From IMG/VR virus record IMGVR_UViG_3300009514_000009: a DNA stretch of 45,072 bases, one strand, 5' to 3'. A program made the position numbers and the translations under genes. The notes beneath the pieces were generated by a model. That model saw nothing but the letters and a program-made list of their open reading frames with translations, was not told the DNA's origin and ran no database searches. Each line of letters opens with the position of its first letter. Position 1 is the stretch's first letter. The DNA is from a virus. Its lineage: Duplodnaviria > Heunggongvirae > Uroviricota > Caudoviricetes. Shown in pieces: positions 1 to 8,298 of the stretch.

Positions 1-2
1 CC

Positions 3-284
3 GACCTCCGCCGCCTGTTCGCCGAGATCGGGCGGACCGTCACCGAGTCCGAGGCCTACGGCGACAAGCCCTACGCCGGAGAGCGCACGCCGGTCAGCCG
101 CAGCACCTACGCCCCGGCCAAGTCGAGCGGCTGGAAGATCGGCGACAAGGTGGCCTTCGACGCCAAGGGTCGCACGGTCGTCGGCTTCGTCAAGCGGGTC
201 AACCAGAAGACCGTGAGCGTGCAGCCCCTCGGCGGCGGCACCCGTTACTGGCGGGTCAGCCCTCGCCTGCTCAAGGCCGCGTAG
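3..284 (+). CDS. partial hypothetical protein (5' end outside window), C-terminal SH3-like beta domain
   Basis: Open frame from base 3 to TAG 282-284: ...WKIGDKVAFDAKGRTVVGFVKRVNQKTVSVQPLGGGTRYWRVSPRLLKAA. Confidence 0.65.
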   Translation, partial: DLRRLFAEIGRTVTESEAYGDKPYAGERTPVSRSTYAPAKSSGWKIGDKVAFDAKGRTVVGFVKRVNQKTVSVQPLGGGTRYWRVSPRLLKAA

Positions 285-314
285 GGCTCAACATCACGGC
301 CACGCCAGTAGTAG
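284..314 (+). promoter_or_regulatory. conserved bipartite motif copy 1, putative phage promoter
   Basis: GGGCTCAA-N15-AGTAGTAG, upstream of RBS ACGGAGGA and ATG 339. Confidence 0.75.
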
Positions 315-338
315 AGGCACACCACGGAGGAACACCCC

Positions 339-755
339 ATGGCCCGCGTCAGCTTCATCCCCCACGATCAGGACCGAGAAGACCAGAAGCGTGAGGAAAA
401 GGCCGAGCGGCGGGCCATGCGGCATGTCCGCGTCGAGGTGCCCTACGAGCACGAACGCTTCGGGCGGCTCGACCCCAACGACCCGGAGTACGGGTCGGTC
501 GAGGATTTCGTCGAGTACCTCTACGACGACGACCGCGAGCAGTACGACCACCACGAGTTGTGCTGCCTCAACGCCCGCCTCGGCATCCGCGTCGGCTTGC
601 TCCGGCAGGAACTGGAAGGGTACGGGCTGACGCTCAAGCATCGTCCTATCGAACGTCAGGTACGAGGCTTCAGCGACAACCCGCACAACCGCTGGAGCGG
701 GAACCCGATGGCAGGTGGTGGCGGCGGGGCTTCCATCTATGGAATGGTGGACTGA
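339..755 (+). CDS. hypothetical protein, 138 aa
   Basis: RBS plus motif upstream; TGATG coupling to next gene. Confidence 0.8.
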   Translation: MARVSFIPHDQDREDQKREEKAERRAMRHVRVEVPYEHERFGRLDPNDPEYGSVEDFVEYLYDDDREQYDHHELCCLNARLGIRVGLLRQELEGYGLTLKHRPIERQVRGFSDNPHNRWSGNPMAGGGGGASIYGMVD

Positions 756-943
756 TGGAACTCCCCTTTGACTGGATGAGCCGTCTCGACGAACTCCGAC
801 GAGAACAGGACCCGAAGCAGTACGAGGATCAGCGCCCGAGCCTGCAACTGCCGGTGCCCTCGCGGGAGCCCCCTCCCGGCTGGACACCCCCTGTCGATGA
901 CGACGAGGAAAAGCCCTCCCGCGTCATCATCATCGACCTCTAG
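755..943 (+). CDS. small acidic/Pro-rich hypothetical protein, 62 aa
   Basis: ATG overlaps previous TGA; MELPFDW...RVIIIDL. Confidence 0.7.
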   Translation: MELPFDWMSRLDELRREQDPKQYEDQRPSLQLPVPSREPPPGWTPPVDDDEEKPSRVIIIDL

Positions 944-974
944 GGGCTCAAAACCGAAGACTGGTCAGTAGTAG
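944..974 (+). promoter_or_regulatory. conserved bipartite motif copy 2
   Basis: GGGCTCAA-N15-AGTAGTAG directly after TAG 941-943. Confidence 0.75.
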
Positions 975-1021
975 GGGAGACGACACAACGGGCGTAAGCC
1001 CCTGAAACGACGGAGCATTCC

Positions 1022-1270
1022 ATGAGCCAGTCCCGCACAGTCAGCTTCCCCTTCCAAAGCGCCCCGACCCAGAACACCATGGACGACGCCTACGCGAAGC
1101 TCTTTCAGCACTTGCACCCGAAGTCCAAGGCCTCGGGCCTGACCTTCGACCAGCAGTTCGAGGTGTTCGACCTCGCCGGGGGCTTCGGCTGGGAGAACGT
1201 GGTCAACGCCAGCGACACCGCGCTGATGCAGATGGCCGACCGCGTGGATTCCATGCTGGCCCTGCACTGA
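1022..1270 (+). CDS. hypothetical protein, 82 aa
   Basis: RBS ACGGAG, motif upstream, GC3-biased codons. Confidence 0.75.
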   Translation: MSQSRTVSFPFQSAPTQNTMDDAYAKLFQHLHPKSKASGLTFDQQFEVFDLAGGFGWENVVNASDTALMQMADRVDSMLALH

Positions 1271-1335
1271 GAGGGCGGGCTGGAGGAACCTCATGGCGGT
1301 CGATGCGCACGAGACGGTGCCCGGCTACAAGGAGT

Positions 1336-2109
1336 CTACGGGGCGATCTTGAACAGGCTGCGCAGCGCATCCGGGTCGATGCCGATCTTGGCGGCCTTGG
1401 CCAAACGGGAAGCCTGCGAACCGACCGCGATGTCGGCGACACGCTCGGGGTCCAGCCGGTACTGGCAGTAGAGTCCCACCGGCAGGCCCTCCTTGATCAG
1501 CTTCTTCGCCAGCGTCTTCGGCTTGCTGTTGGGACGCCACGGCCCGTTCGCCGCGGGCGTCACCAGCACCTCGCCGAGCTTCACCCCCTGCACGTAGATG
1601 GTCCCCGGCACCGGAGCACGCTCGACTTCAGGCCGAGCCGGGCCGGTGTAGATGCGGCTGCCCCGCACCTTCACCCCGCCGATCTCCAGCGGCTCCCACA
1701 CACCACCGAGCGGGGGCTCGGTCGGCCCGCTCTCCTCCCCAGCCAGCACCCGCCGGAACCACTCACGAATCTCTTGCAGGGCGTAGCATACGTCCTCGAC
1801 GATCGTGTCTTCGTGCTCTTCCAACGTGGCCCGGAGCAGTCGCTCGATGTAGCCGCCCTTGGCAAGCCTTTTGTCGAGCATCTTTTGCGACCGGGCTATC
1901 AAGGCGCGGTAGCTGAAGCCTGTCCAGATGAGTACCTGCACGGTGTCATCGCCGTAGATGACCTTGGCCCCGGCACTGCCACGGGCGTCGCCCATCTTGT
2001 GGACCCGAGCGGTGAACAAGGTGCCTTGGTCGAGGTCGAGCAGCTCGGCGAGGATGCTGGCGGTCTTCTGGTCGGTCGTGTTGGTCTGCATCGCAGTCGG
2101 GGTCATCAT
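1336..2109 (-). CDS. hypothetical protein, 257 aa
   Basis: RBS GGAGGTG before ATG 2109; globular-looking sequence. The longer ORF-track start at 2973 is antisense to the Rho-N gene. Confidence 0.75.
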   Translation of the reverse strand: MMTPTAMQTNTTDQKTASILAELLDLDQGTLFTARVHKMGDARGSAGAKVIYGDDTVQVLIWTGFSYRALIARSQKMLDKRLAKGGYIERLLRATLEEHEDTIVEDVCYALQEIREWFRRVLAGEESGPTEPPLGGVWEPLEIGGVKVRGSRIYTGPARPEVERAPVPGTIYVQGVKLGEVLVTPAANGPWRPNSKPKTLAKKLIKEGLPVGLYCQYRLDPERVADIAVGSQASRLAKAAKIGIDPDALRSLFKIAP

Positions 2110-2199
2110 GGGACACCTCCTGCTTCGTTTACTCGCGGGGGGCTCAAACCAACCCCCTTGCCGGGTAACATCCTCAGCCAAGGCCAACAGGAGATCCCC

Positions 2200-2808
2200 A
2201 TGCGTCCGCGTACCGCCCAGAAGATAGTCAACCGCGTCCAAGTGGGCACCGCCACCCATGCGTCGTACAATCGGCAGACGGTCCAGCAGGCATTCAAGCA
2301 GCTCAAGGTGGAGCTGACTGACGCCCTCCTGAAGCCGTGGACGGACCACGCTGAGGAGGTGGCTCGCCAGAAGGCACAGGCCGAGGCCAACCTCCCCACG
2401 GCTGCCGCCCGCCGCGAGGCGAAGGCCGCACGCATCCAAGCCCGCATCGTGCAAGCGGAAGCTCGTCGGGAGCGTGCCCGTGCCTTGCAGGCAGCCAAGG
2501 AAGCCACCGAGGGCTACAAGGCCGACCCGAATGACCCCCTGTGGGTCGGGCAGCAGCCGGGGGCCACGGTGGAGAACGTCGCGGTGGCCGCCGGGCGTGA
2601 AGCCTTCAGGCAGGCCATGGAGAACGAGATCGACAAGCTGCCCGAGGCCATCACGCTGGGGGACCCTCCGGCGGTGGACACCGAGGAGGCTCCCGATTAC
2701 GCTTCGATGAAGGTCGGCGACCTCAAGGCTCTCGCCAAGGACCGCGGCCTCACGGGGTACTCCGGCATGAAGAAGGACGACCTCATCAACCTCCTCTCCG
2801 GGCTCTAG
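2200..2808 (+). CDS. coiled-coil protein with C-terminal Rho-N/HeH-like domain
   Basis: RBS AGGAG, ATG 2200; C-terminus YASMKVGDLKALAKDRGLTGYSGMKKDDLINLL. Confidence 0.8.
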   Translation: MRPRTAQKIVNRVQVGTATHASYNRQTVQQAFKQLKVELTDALLKPWTDHAEEVARQKAQAEANLPTAAARREAKAARIQARIVQAEARRERARALQAAKEATEGYKADPNDPLWVGQQPGATVENVAVAAGREAFRQAMENEIDKLPEAITLGDPPAVDTEEAPDYASMKVGDLKALAKDRGLTGYSGMKKDDLINLLSGL

Positions 2809-2896
2809 CCCTCGTCGGAGCGGCCCTCGATGGACCTGATCGCCCAGCAGCACTTCACAACCGAGCGGGTAGCGCCCGCTCGACGTGGAGGTCTGC

Positions 2897-3247
2897 ATGG
2901 AACCCGAATCCCGTCGAGGTCGTCGGCGTCGTCTCACCGAGACGGTCGCCCAACGTCGCCGCTCTGACTTCATCCGCCAGTGGTACGGAGGGGAACTCCC
3001 CGAAGGCCACCGGGCGGAGAACTCACTCCACTACTGGGCTGGCACCATCGGGTGCTCATGTTCCAAGCGGCACAAGGGGGCTCCCCGCCGCGACAAGGGC
3101 ATGTGCAACATCGGTGGTCGGGACCGCATCTACCGGCTCCGCGCTCAAGCCCGTGAACTGAACCGGCTCGTCCTCCGAGGAGAGGACGTGCTCGGGGACG
3201 AGGTGGCGGTCCTGTCGCCCACCCGTCCCCAGAATGACCTGTGGTGA
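2897..3247 (+). CDS. basic hypothetical protein with Cys motif
   Basis: RBS GGAGG before ATG 2897; GCSCSKRH...GMCN. Confidence 0.6.
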   Translation: MEPESRRGRRRRLTETVAQRRRSDFIRQWYGGELPEGHRAENSLHYWAGTIGCSCSKRHKGAPRRDKGMCNIGGRDRIYRLRAQARELNRLVLRGEDVLGDEVAVLSPTRPQNDLW

Positions 3248-3254
3248 GGAAGCC

Positions 3255-3768
3255 ATGAAGACCATCATCGAGATTCGGGCCGCCGAGGGCGGCATGGACG
3301 CGAAGCTGCTCGTGCGCGAGCAGGTCGCCCTGTACGCGAAGTTCTGTCAACGGAGGCGGCTTTGACCTCGACATCGTGGACGATCAGCCCGCACAGGTGA
3401 CGCTCATCGCCTCGGGCAAGGGAGCTGACAAGGCTTTCCACAACGAGGCCGGAGGCCATCGCTGGCAGCGTGTGCCGCCCACCGAGATGCGGGGGCGAAT
3501 CCACACCTCGACCGTGACCGTCGCGGTGCTCCCAGTGCCCGAGGAACGTACCCTGCACATCGACCCTCGGGACCTCGACTGGAAGACCTGTCGGGGGGCC
3601 GCTGAAGTCGAAGCTGAACCTCACCGGGCCGCCTCGCCACGGCTGCCCGTCCGAGGGGATGCCATCGGGATGCCATCGAAGACACCCTGCACGGCAGAAG
3701 GAGCCGCCGCCACGATCACCTCATCGGCCAGCTTCTCGATGGCCTCGTCGAAGTCGGGCGTGCCATAG
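3255..3768 (+). pseudogene. RF1-like class I release factor homolog with +1 programmed frameshift, truncated before GGQ
   Basis: Frame 0: MKTIIEIRAAEGGMDAKLL...RRRL* (3255-3365). +1 frame: EAGGHRWQRVPPTEMRGRIHTSTVTVAVLP...LDWKTCRG; similarity ends at 3597 with no GGQ in any frame. Confidence 0.8.
3352..3366 (+). promoter_or_regulatory. prfB-type programmed +1 frameshift signal
   Basis: GGAGG-CGG-CTT-TGA-C: internal SD, 3-nt spacer, slippery CTT TGA C, the same layout as bacterial RF2 genes. Confidence 0.85.
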
Positions 3769-6029
3769 GGCTCCACCAGCCCCTCACCCTCGTTGTAGGA
3801 GTCGGGCACCTCGACATCGAACGTCCCGTCCGACCCGGTGTTCCAGACCGCACCGCCATGCTGCCGAACGAGCATGTCTGCGTCCGCCACGGCACCATCG
3901 TTCCAGCGGTCAGCCCATTTGGCCCCGCTGATGAGGTTCGCGAGCTGCTCCGGCGCGATGGCGTAGATGCTGGCCGTATCAGTGCCCACCTGCGCTCCGA
4001 GCCGGAGCAGGCACCTCGCCGTGAAGGCCCTCTGCTGCTGCCGTGCCTTGCGCTTGGCCCCCGCGGTAGCCGAGGCCATCCTGACCCCACCCTGTCGCTG
4101 CTGGAGCAGGTAGAGGTGCGTCTCGTGGTCGTTGACCATCGTGCGGAGGAAGTCGTCCATCCCGATGGAGAGCTGGCCGATGTCTTCCATCGCCTTGAGG
4201 CACTGCTCGATGTTCACCCGCAGCGTGTTCTCGACGTGGAGGCCCCGCTCAAACGGGCAGCCGATGTCCGCCCACTGCACGAGCGTGAACGCCATGAGCT
4301 TGGCTTGCTCCAAGGCGTCCACCGCCGCGATGCCGAACGTGCCCACCAGCTTCTCAGCAAGGGCATCCGTCTCCTCGACGGCCTTGGTGTACAGCCGCTC
4401 AAAGAGCAGGTGGTCGCCGTAGGAAGAATCACCGCCGATCTGCCAGTGGCTGGTCAGGTGGTTCCACTGCACGGCTCGGAGCATGGCCAGCAGGTTGCTG
4501 AAGACGACCTTGGCCGCGTTGAGGGCACCGGGCTGCCCCTCGGCGTACCCCTTCTTCCACAGGATCGCCCCTTGCTTGGACAGGCCCAGTGCCGCCTGCC
4601 CCTGCTTCGTAGCATACACGTCGATGTGGCCCTTCTCGCCGATGTCCACCGAGAACAGGCCCTTGCCGAATCGAGCATCGAGCTTCTTCTGCACCTCGCT
4701 GTGGAGGGGGCCAGCGTACTCTTCCTCCCAGCCTTCCGAGTCCCAGCCCTCGGGGTCATCATCGGGACCGGGGTTGTAGAAGCTGCCGACGTAGTGGTCG
4801 AGCCGCTGCCGGTAGCTGGGTTCCGCAGACCAGAAGGGGCTCTGGAACCCGTTCTTGCCGGGTGGGTAGAAGTCCACGTCCCGGTTCCGGCCACCGACCT
4901 TGGTGCTCATGTTCTTGAGGAAGCTCGTCACCTCGGAGGTGGTGATCTGGGGGGCAGCTTTCGACGGCACAGACGTGGGTGCGGCGGGAGCGTGTTTGAC
5001 GGCGTACCCCACCATGATGTCCCCAAGGAAGTGCTCGATAGAGGGGAACCGCATCGCCCGTGCGGGAAATTGGTACGCCTGTCGCCCACCCTTCGACATC
5101 AGGGTCAGGACCACCCCATATCGGGAGTCCGTGTCGAGGTTGGCAGTGATGCTCAGCCACTCCTGCCCTTTGGGTTTGATCATGACAGGACCACCCGTCC
5201 ACTTCAGGTTCTCGATGCGGGGGTCGTCACTGATGAACTTCCGCAGACCGTTCATGAACACAGCCCAGTGGCGTTGGGCCTCTGGCAATGAGTTCGTGGC
5301 GGCGGGAGCCGCCGTAGGTGCCCCCTTGACAATGTAAGGGGTGGAGCCTCCACCGTCAGTGAACAACTTGATCAGGTCGGGGTCCTTCCGAGGACGCCCA
5401 CGGACATCCTTGGGGTCGTACTTCTGACCGGACTTCAAAAGCTGAGCGTTCCAGCCGTTCGGCAGCCGTCGAGCGACCACCTCACTCATCTGCCCGGAGG
5501 AAGTGATGCGTACCCACTTCACCCAGATGGCGTCCTTGATGGTGTTCAGGTCCAGGCGGGGGACGGACACCCACTTGTCTGCCGCCAGCTTCCCGATGGG
5601 CGATTCCCACAGTTTTTCGGCGGAGATGCGGTCGGACTCCGGCTTGACTTTGTTCGCCAGGACCAGGGCTTTCTCGACGAAAAGCTGGTCATGGGGGCGC
5701 AACTTGACGGATGCGCTGACCCGCTTGCCCTTGTTCTTCACCTCGTGGACCCACCGCCAGAAAGCCCCAATGGGCATCGCGGTGTGCTCACCCTCGCGGT
5801 AGAAGCCGGGCCGGTCGTACTGCTTCTTGTACAGGCCGATGGCCTCCTCGACCGACTCGCAGCCGATAACCACCTTGTCCTCGTCGTACTTGCCGTCCCA
5901 CGGGTTGTGCTGGTGGATGACGACTACGAGGGACGAGTCGTGGTTGTCGCCGACGTACACGTCGAGCTTGTCGCCGTCCGTGCCCTCGGTCCCACGGATC
6001 TTTCCTTTGATCATTGTCGACTCCAACAA
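3621..6029 (-). CDS. multidomain (polyvalent-type) protein: C-half InPase-like domain, unknown domains, Dps/ferritin-like domain; N-terminus apparently truncated
   Basis: GKIRGTEGTDGDKLDVYVG...YDEDKVVIG at the N-end; HLTSHWQIGGDSSYGDHLLFERLY...DALAEKLVG...HETHLYLLQQR at about 4094-4520. Confidence 0.75.
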   Translation of the reverse strand: MLESTMIKGKIRGTEGTDGDKLDVYVGDNHDSSLVVVIHQHNPWDGKYDEDKVVIGCESVEEAIGLYKKQYDRPGFYREGEHTAMPIGAFWRWVHEVKNKGKRVSASVKLRPHDQLFVEKALVLANKVKPESDRISAEKLWESPIGKLAADKWVSVPRLDLNTIKDAIWVKWVRITSSGQMSEVVARRLPNGWNAQLLKSGQKYDPKDVRGRPRKDPDLIKLFTDGGGSTPYIVKGAPTAAPAATNSLPEAQRHWAVFMNGLRKFISDDPRIENLKWTGGPVMIKPKGQEWLSITANLDTDSRYGVVLTLMSKGGRQAYQFPARAMRFPSIEHFLGDIMVGYAVKHAPAAPTSVPSKAAPQITTSEVTSFLKNMSTKVGGRNRDVDFYPPGKNGFQSPFWSAEPSYRQRLDHYVGSFYNPGPDDDPEGWDSEGWEEEYAGPLHSEVQKKLDARFGKGLFSVDIGEKGHIDVYATKQGQAALGLSKQGAILWKKGYAEGQPGALNAAKVVFSNLLAMLRAVQWNHLTSHWQIGGDSSYGDHLLFERLYTKAVEETDALAEKLVGTFGIAAVDALEQAKLMAFTLVQWADIGCPFERGLHVENTLRVNIEQCLKAMEDIGQLSIGMDDFLRTMVNDHETHLYLLQQRQGGVRMASATAGAKRKARQQQRAFTARCLLRLGAQVGTDTASIYAIAPEQLANLISGAKWADRWNDGAVADADMLVRQHGGAVWNTGSDGTFDVEVPDSYNEGEGLVEPYGTPDFDEAIEKLADEVIVAAAPSAVQGVFDGIPMASPRTGSRGEAAR

Positions 6030-6052
6030 CCCACTACGGTAATCTTCGGGGC

Positions 6053-6832
6053 ATGGGAAACAAGACGCCCGAGGTCTACGGTTTCTGGATGGTACTTGGA
6101 AACGCCCCTTCTCGACGAGGTTCGGCTCGTGTTGAGGTCCGGTGCATCTGCGGAAAGGTACGGATACGGAACTTGTACGACCTCCGTGCGGGGCGGTCGA
6201 AGTCCTGTGGTTGCCGCCAGAAGGCTCGTGTTGTAGTGACCCCTGGAGATTCGTTCGGTGACCTTGTGGTGCTTCGTGACCTTTCCCGACAGGGTGATAA
6301 ACACCGCCGCATTGAGGTTCGATGTTCTTGCGGGGGTACGGCGGAGGTGCTGTTGGAAAACCTCACCTCGGGACGGCAGGGATCTTGCGGTTGCCAGAAG
6401 GGCAACACGACCCACGGGCTTTCGGGCTCCCCCGAGCACCAGACGTGGCGGTCGATGCTTTCCCGGTGCACCAACCCGAACGACGTGTCGTGGCCGAACT
6501 ACGGAGGCCGGGGGATCAAAATAGACCCCCGCTGGCAGAGTTTCGAGACGTTCTACAAGGACATGGGACCAAGGCCGCCGGGGCACACCATCGAGAGGGA
6601 TGACACGAATGGTCCTTACGACCCCACCAACTGCCGTTGGGCTACCATGCGTGAACAAGGAGCCAACAAGCGTGGCACCATCCGTTTGAAACTGGACGGG
6701 CGTGTCCAGACCGTCATGGAATGGGCAACCGAGATGAGCCTCCCCGCTCATGTGATCCGTCGCAGGATTCGTCGGGGCTGGGAACCGCATCGTGCCCTCA
6801 CCCAGCCCTACCAGATGAAAAACCGCCATTGA
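6053..6832 (+). CDS. free-standing HNH-like homing endonuclease with two N-terminal Cys (RCxCG...SCGC) repeats
   Basis: THGLSGSPEHQTWRSMLSRC...YGGRGI...TIERDDTNGPYDPTNCRWAT...QGANKR; opposite strand to neighbours. Confidence 0.85.
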   Translation: MGNKTPEVYGFWMVLGNAPSRRGSARVEVRCICGKVRIRNLYDLRAGRSKSCGCRQKARVVVTPGDSFGDLVVLRDLSRQGDKHRRIEVRCSCGGTAEVLLENLTSGRQGSCGCQKGNTTHGLSGSPEHQTWRSMLSRCTNPNDVSWPNYGGRGIKIDPRWQSFETFYKDMGPRPPGHTIERDDTNGPYDPTNCRWATMREQGANKRGTIRLKLDGRVQTVMEWATEMSLPAHVIRRRIRRGWEPHRALTQPYQMKNRH

Positions 6833-7871
6833 GTCGAGACACCTTTTTGCCTCGATTGTCTCGGTTCAAGCACCACCGTAGGAAACGCCCAATCGGCATG
6901 GACTTGTGGCTCTGGTAGAACCCCGCCGAGTTGTACTGCGCCTTGTACGCCTTGATGGCCTCATCCTCGGTGTCGAACCCCACCATCACCTTGTCCTCAT
7001 CGTACTCCTTGGTCTTGGGGTCCTGTTGCCGGACAACGACAACAAGAGGGCTGTCTCCGTTGGGGCCAACGTAGATGTCCACAGGATCATGGTCAACGCC
7101 TTCGGTTTGGTCCACCTCTCCATAGTGATGCTTCATCACCACCTTCCAAGGTGTCCCGTCCGGGTCTACTCCTTCTCGTGTCGAACCTTTCACATTCTCC
7201 ACATGGATGCCCAACCCCTGGAAGTCGATGAACCCCTCGAACGGGAACTCCTTGCGCTTCTTGCGTGGCGGCTCCACCACCACCTTCGAGGTACTGAAGG
7301 GCACATCGAAGCCTTTGGCTACCATGTACCTCCGGGCCACCCGTCGAACAGAGAAGGGCCAGTCACCCTCTGGCCCCTTGCCACGCCGAGTGCTGCCCTT
7401 GGCGTTCTCCACGTCGATCTTCAGGCCTTGGAAGTCGATGAAGCCCTCGAAAGGGAACTCCTTGCGCTTGGCCTGCGGGGGCTCCAACTTGACCGGGTGG
7501 AAGGTGTTGGGCACCTCGACGATCTTGGCGTTCGACTTGGCTGTCTTCTTGCCCTTGGTCGCCTGCTCCGCCACATCCTCGGCGAGCAAGAATCGGATGG
7601 CCAGCTCCTCCGCGGGGTCCAGCTTGGCCTTCTTGCCGACCTTCTCCTCGACCACCCAGTCGTCCACGTCGTCGTGCTTGTCGAGCTGCGGCCTGACCAG
7701 CTTGACGGCCTTGTTGTCGGCGTCACGGTCGTCGCGGGCGGTGAAGTCCTTCTTCCACAGCTCTTTGCCGTGATCGCTGAACAGGTAGACCGTGTACGTC
7801 TTCATCGCCGCCTTCTTCGCTTCGGGACCCGTCTTGAACTCGTAGTCCGGCTTCATCTTGTAGATGTCCAT
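6798..7871 (-). CDS. InPase-like domain protein (N-half of one copy fused to a complete second copy)
   Basis: KEFPFEGFIDFQGL-x-I-x-VEN-x-KGSTR occurs twice; the second copy continues MKHHYGEVDQTEGVDHDPVDIYVG...DEDKVMVGF. Confidence 0.75.
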   Translation of the reverse strand: MDIYKMKPDYEFKTGPEAKKAAMKTYTVYLFSDHGKELWKKDFTARDDRDADNKAVKLVRPQLDKHDDVDDWVVEEKVGKKAKLDPAEELAIRFLLAEDVAEQATKGKKTAKSNAKIVEVPNTFHPVKLEPPQAKRKEFPFEGFIDFQGLKIDVENAKGSTRRGKGPEGDWPFSVRRVARRYMVAKGFDVPFSTSKVVVEPPRKKRKEFPFEGFIDFQGLGIHVENVKGSTREGVDPDGTPWKVVMKHHYGEVDQTEGVDHDPVDIYVGPNGDSPLVVVVRQQDPKTKEYDEDKVMVGFDTEDEAIKAYKAQYNSAGFYQSHKSMPIGRFLRWCLNRDNRGKKVSRLNGGFSSGRAG

Positions 7872-7933
7872 GATGAGCGCGTAGACCTCCTGCGGTCAGG
7901 TGCAGGCTCTACCTCCCCCGTGGAATAGTCGAA

Positions 7934-8245
7934 CTACCGCCGGAAGCCGGGTGGCCACCCTCGGCTCATGTCGTGGATGATGCGCTTCATGCTGGTGGGC
8001 CGGTTCTGGCCGATGAGGCTCTCCATCCGCAGGCACCGCTGGATGGCGTCCCGGTACTCCTGCGGGGTGAACTCGTCGCTGCGGACGTGCTCGACGGTGG
8101 GGAGCTTGCGGCGGGGGTCGAGCACCCGGCTGTTGGGAAGCTGGTTGCTGAACTCCATCGAGTCGCCGGGCATCCAGTCGTGGGTGCTCTGCCGTTGCAG
8201 CCGCTCGATGCGGTGGGCGAGTTGTTCGCGATCCAAGGGGTTCAT
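7934..8245 (-). CDS. hypothetical protein, 103 aa
   Basis: RBS ACGGAGG, motif upstream. Confidence 0.75.
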   Translation of the reverse strand: MNPLDREQLAHRIERLQRQSTHDWMPGDSMEFSNQLPNSRVLDPRRKLPTVEHVRSDEFTPQEYRDAIQRCLRMESLIGQNRPTSMKRIIHDMSRGWPPGFRR

Positions 8246-8267
8246 GTTGTGCCTCCGTCGTTCACCC

Positions 8268-8298
8268 CTACTACTGGCGACGGCTGCCGCTTGAGCCC
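8268..8298 (-). promoter_or_regulatory. conserved bipartite motif copy 3
   Basis: Minus strand GGGCTCAA-N15-AGTAGTAG; first G is the G of the ARH TAG stop. Confidence 0.75.

Noticed and set aside
2140-2170. GGGCTCAA upstream of the Rho-N gene as a core motif copy
   Set aside because: AGTAGT is absent at the fixed spacing (GGGTAA instead); at most a variant.
1303-2199. 5' extension of the 501-aa ORF, and the 5' part of the 545-aa minus-strand ORF
   Set aside because: Each is antisense to the other real gene; RBS-supported starts are at 2200 and 2109.
3858-5291. Long plus-strand ORF (477 aa) and similar long ORFs at 8634-10052, 26667-27929, 27709-29421, 30244-31713
   Set aside because: Antisense shadows of well-supported minus-strand genes; expected in high-GC DNA; no motifs or RBS.
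6008-6013. TGATCA at both the InPase junction and the MTase insertion, read as a cloning or recombination site
   Set aside because: TGATCA also occurs inside intact genes (e.g. about 1494, 5177, 16177, 32261), so co-occurrence is weak evidence.
6011-6900. Group I intron around the HNH gene
   Set aside because: The endonuclease is antisense to the host gene, both flanks are coding, and no intron core was recognisable.
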